A stretch of 32,000 nt of DNA from Kiritimatiella glycovorans. GTDB taxonomy: Bacteria; Verrucomicrobiota; Kiritimatiellia; Kiritimatiellales; Kiritimatiellaceae. Below the pieces are notes generated by a model. That model saw only the letters and a list, made by a program, of their open reading frames with translations, was not told where the DNA came from and made no database searches. This document shows, piece after piece, positions 31,463-32,000 of the stretch (the first letter of the stretch is position 1; the number at the start of each line of letters is the position of its first letter). The stretch covers positions 1,800,001 to 1,832,000 of the forward strand of contig NZ_CP010904.1 in assembly GCF_001017655.1 (NCBI RefSeq). The letters run 5' to 3'. Both the position numbers and the translations under genes were made by a program.

Positions 31463-31692
31463 GGCTTCGCCTCCTTCCGTTTGGCCTTCGCCTCTTCCGC
31501 TACCTTCGTAGCCTCTTTGGCCATCTTCCGAAACGCCGATACGTCCGGGGTTGGAATCGGTTTGAGCAGGATGTGTTCGCCGTCGGTGAACAGCGCCAGT
31601 TTGCTGCCTGCCCGTAGGCCAAGCATCTTCCGCACGTTCTCCGGGATGACGAATTGCCCCTTCGATGAAAGCCTCGCTATCTGATAGTGCAT
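31459..31692 (-). CDS. AbrB/MazE/SpoVT-family DNA-binding small protein, translationally coupled to the serine recombinase
   Basis: MHYQIARLSSKGQFVIPENVRKMLGLRAGSKLALFTDGEHILLKP is a typical SpoVT-AbrB swapped-hairpin domain, followed by a Lys/Ala/Glu tail. Its TGA overlaps the recombinase GTG (GTGA). The longer track ORF (to 31815) is rejected. Confidence 0.6.
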   Translation of the reverse strand: MHYQIARLSSKGQFVIPENVRKMLGLRAGSKLALFTDGEHILLKPIPTPDVSAFRKMAKEATKVAEEAKAKRKEAKP

Positions 31693-32000
31693 ATGCCTCC
31701 CGACGTCGTAAGCGTCTCTTACGCGATAGGGAGACAATAGACCGGCGGGCGAAGTGATGCAACAGGTTTCTGCGTTCTTTGCAGGGGGACCCTCCCGGCG
31801 TGATGCAGGCGGCAAACGGAGCGCCTCGCAGCGGGCGTGACACCGCGTCTGCGCGGTGGCGCGACCGATGCGCGCGGAGTGGGTGGCGGTGACGGGGCGC
31901 GGCGGTTGGTTGCTGCTTTGCGAGTGTAACCAACAAGACCAGAGCAGCCGGCATCCTATGGGAGAAGCATAGCGTGAAGCGGATCGGAAATGCCGGGCTG

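Noticed and set aside
30584-31684. 366-aa plus-strand ORF opposite the large serine recombinase, and the N-terminal extension of the recombinase ORF to 31954
   Set aside because: The plus-strand ORF is an antisense frame. The upstream extension would read through the AbrB-like gene in another frame. The GTG at 31462, with GGAGG upstream and the catalytic YARKST motif 5 codons in, is the sensible start.
1-32000. CRISPR arrays, rRNA genes, long tandem repeats
   Set aside because: Reading the window revealed no regularly spaced direct repeats and no rRNA-like sequence. The only short coding repeat noticed is the GDEDSD duplication in the hsdM-S linker.

Overview
This is a high-GC bacterial chromosome segment carrying a mosaic accessory island of about 22.6 kb. 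Left flank (1-5974, minus strand unless noted): glnA (partial, with a sigma-54-type promoter), an unusually long glnE with an N-terminal twin-ACT extension, a small membrane-anchored ORF (+) and an Rrf2-family regulator. The island runs from about 6.0 kb to the 3' end of a tRNA-Asn gene at 28.66 kb. It contains, in order:
- a truncated serine-recombinase gene translationally coupled to an AbiEi/AbiEii toxin-antitoxin pair;
- a visibly lower-GC block (about 8.4-22.1 kb), all on the minus strand and tightly packed: excisionase-like HTH, type I RM (HsdM fused to a half HsdS, then HsdR), SIR2, HerA, a KTSC-domain protein, an SbcD/Mre11-like phosphoesterase and an SbcC/Rad50-like coiled-coil ATPase;
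- a divergent plus-strand cassette of XRE regulator, ImmA/IrrE metalloprotease and three ORFs with no domain I can recognise;
- an intact IS3-family element with a -1 frameshift site, terminal inverted repeats and a target-site duplication;
- a chimeric DUF2924 remnant.
Right flank: tRNA-Asn(GUU), gmhB, tRNA-Ser(GCU), then the edge of a second element (a large serine recombinase coupled to an AbrB-like gene). The recombinase reading frame stays open antisense through the whole tRNA-Ser gene.
The best candidate for something undescribed is the five-gene operon SIR2-HerA-KTSC-SbcD-like-SbcC-like. It joins the known two-gene SIR2-HerA defence pair to an Mre11/Rad50-type module, echoing the archaeal herA-mre11-rad50-nurA arrangement. 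The second candidate is the XRE/ImmA-led cassette of three unknown proteins. All calls come from reading the translations and motifs by eye; no database search was possible.
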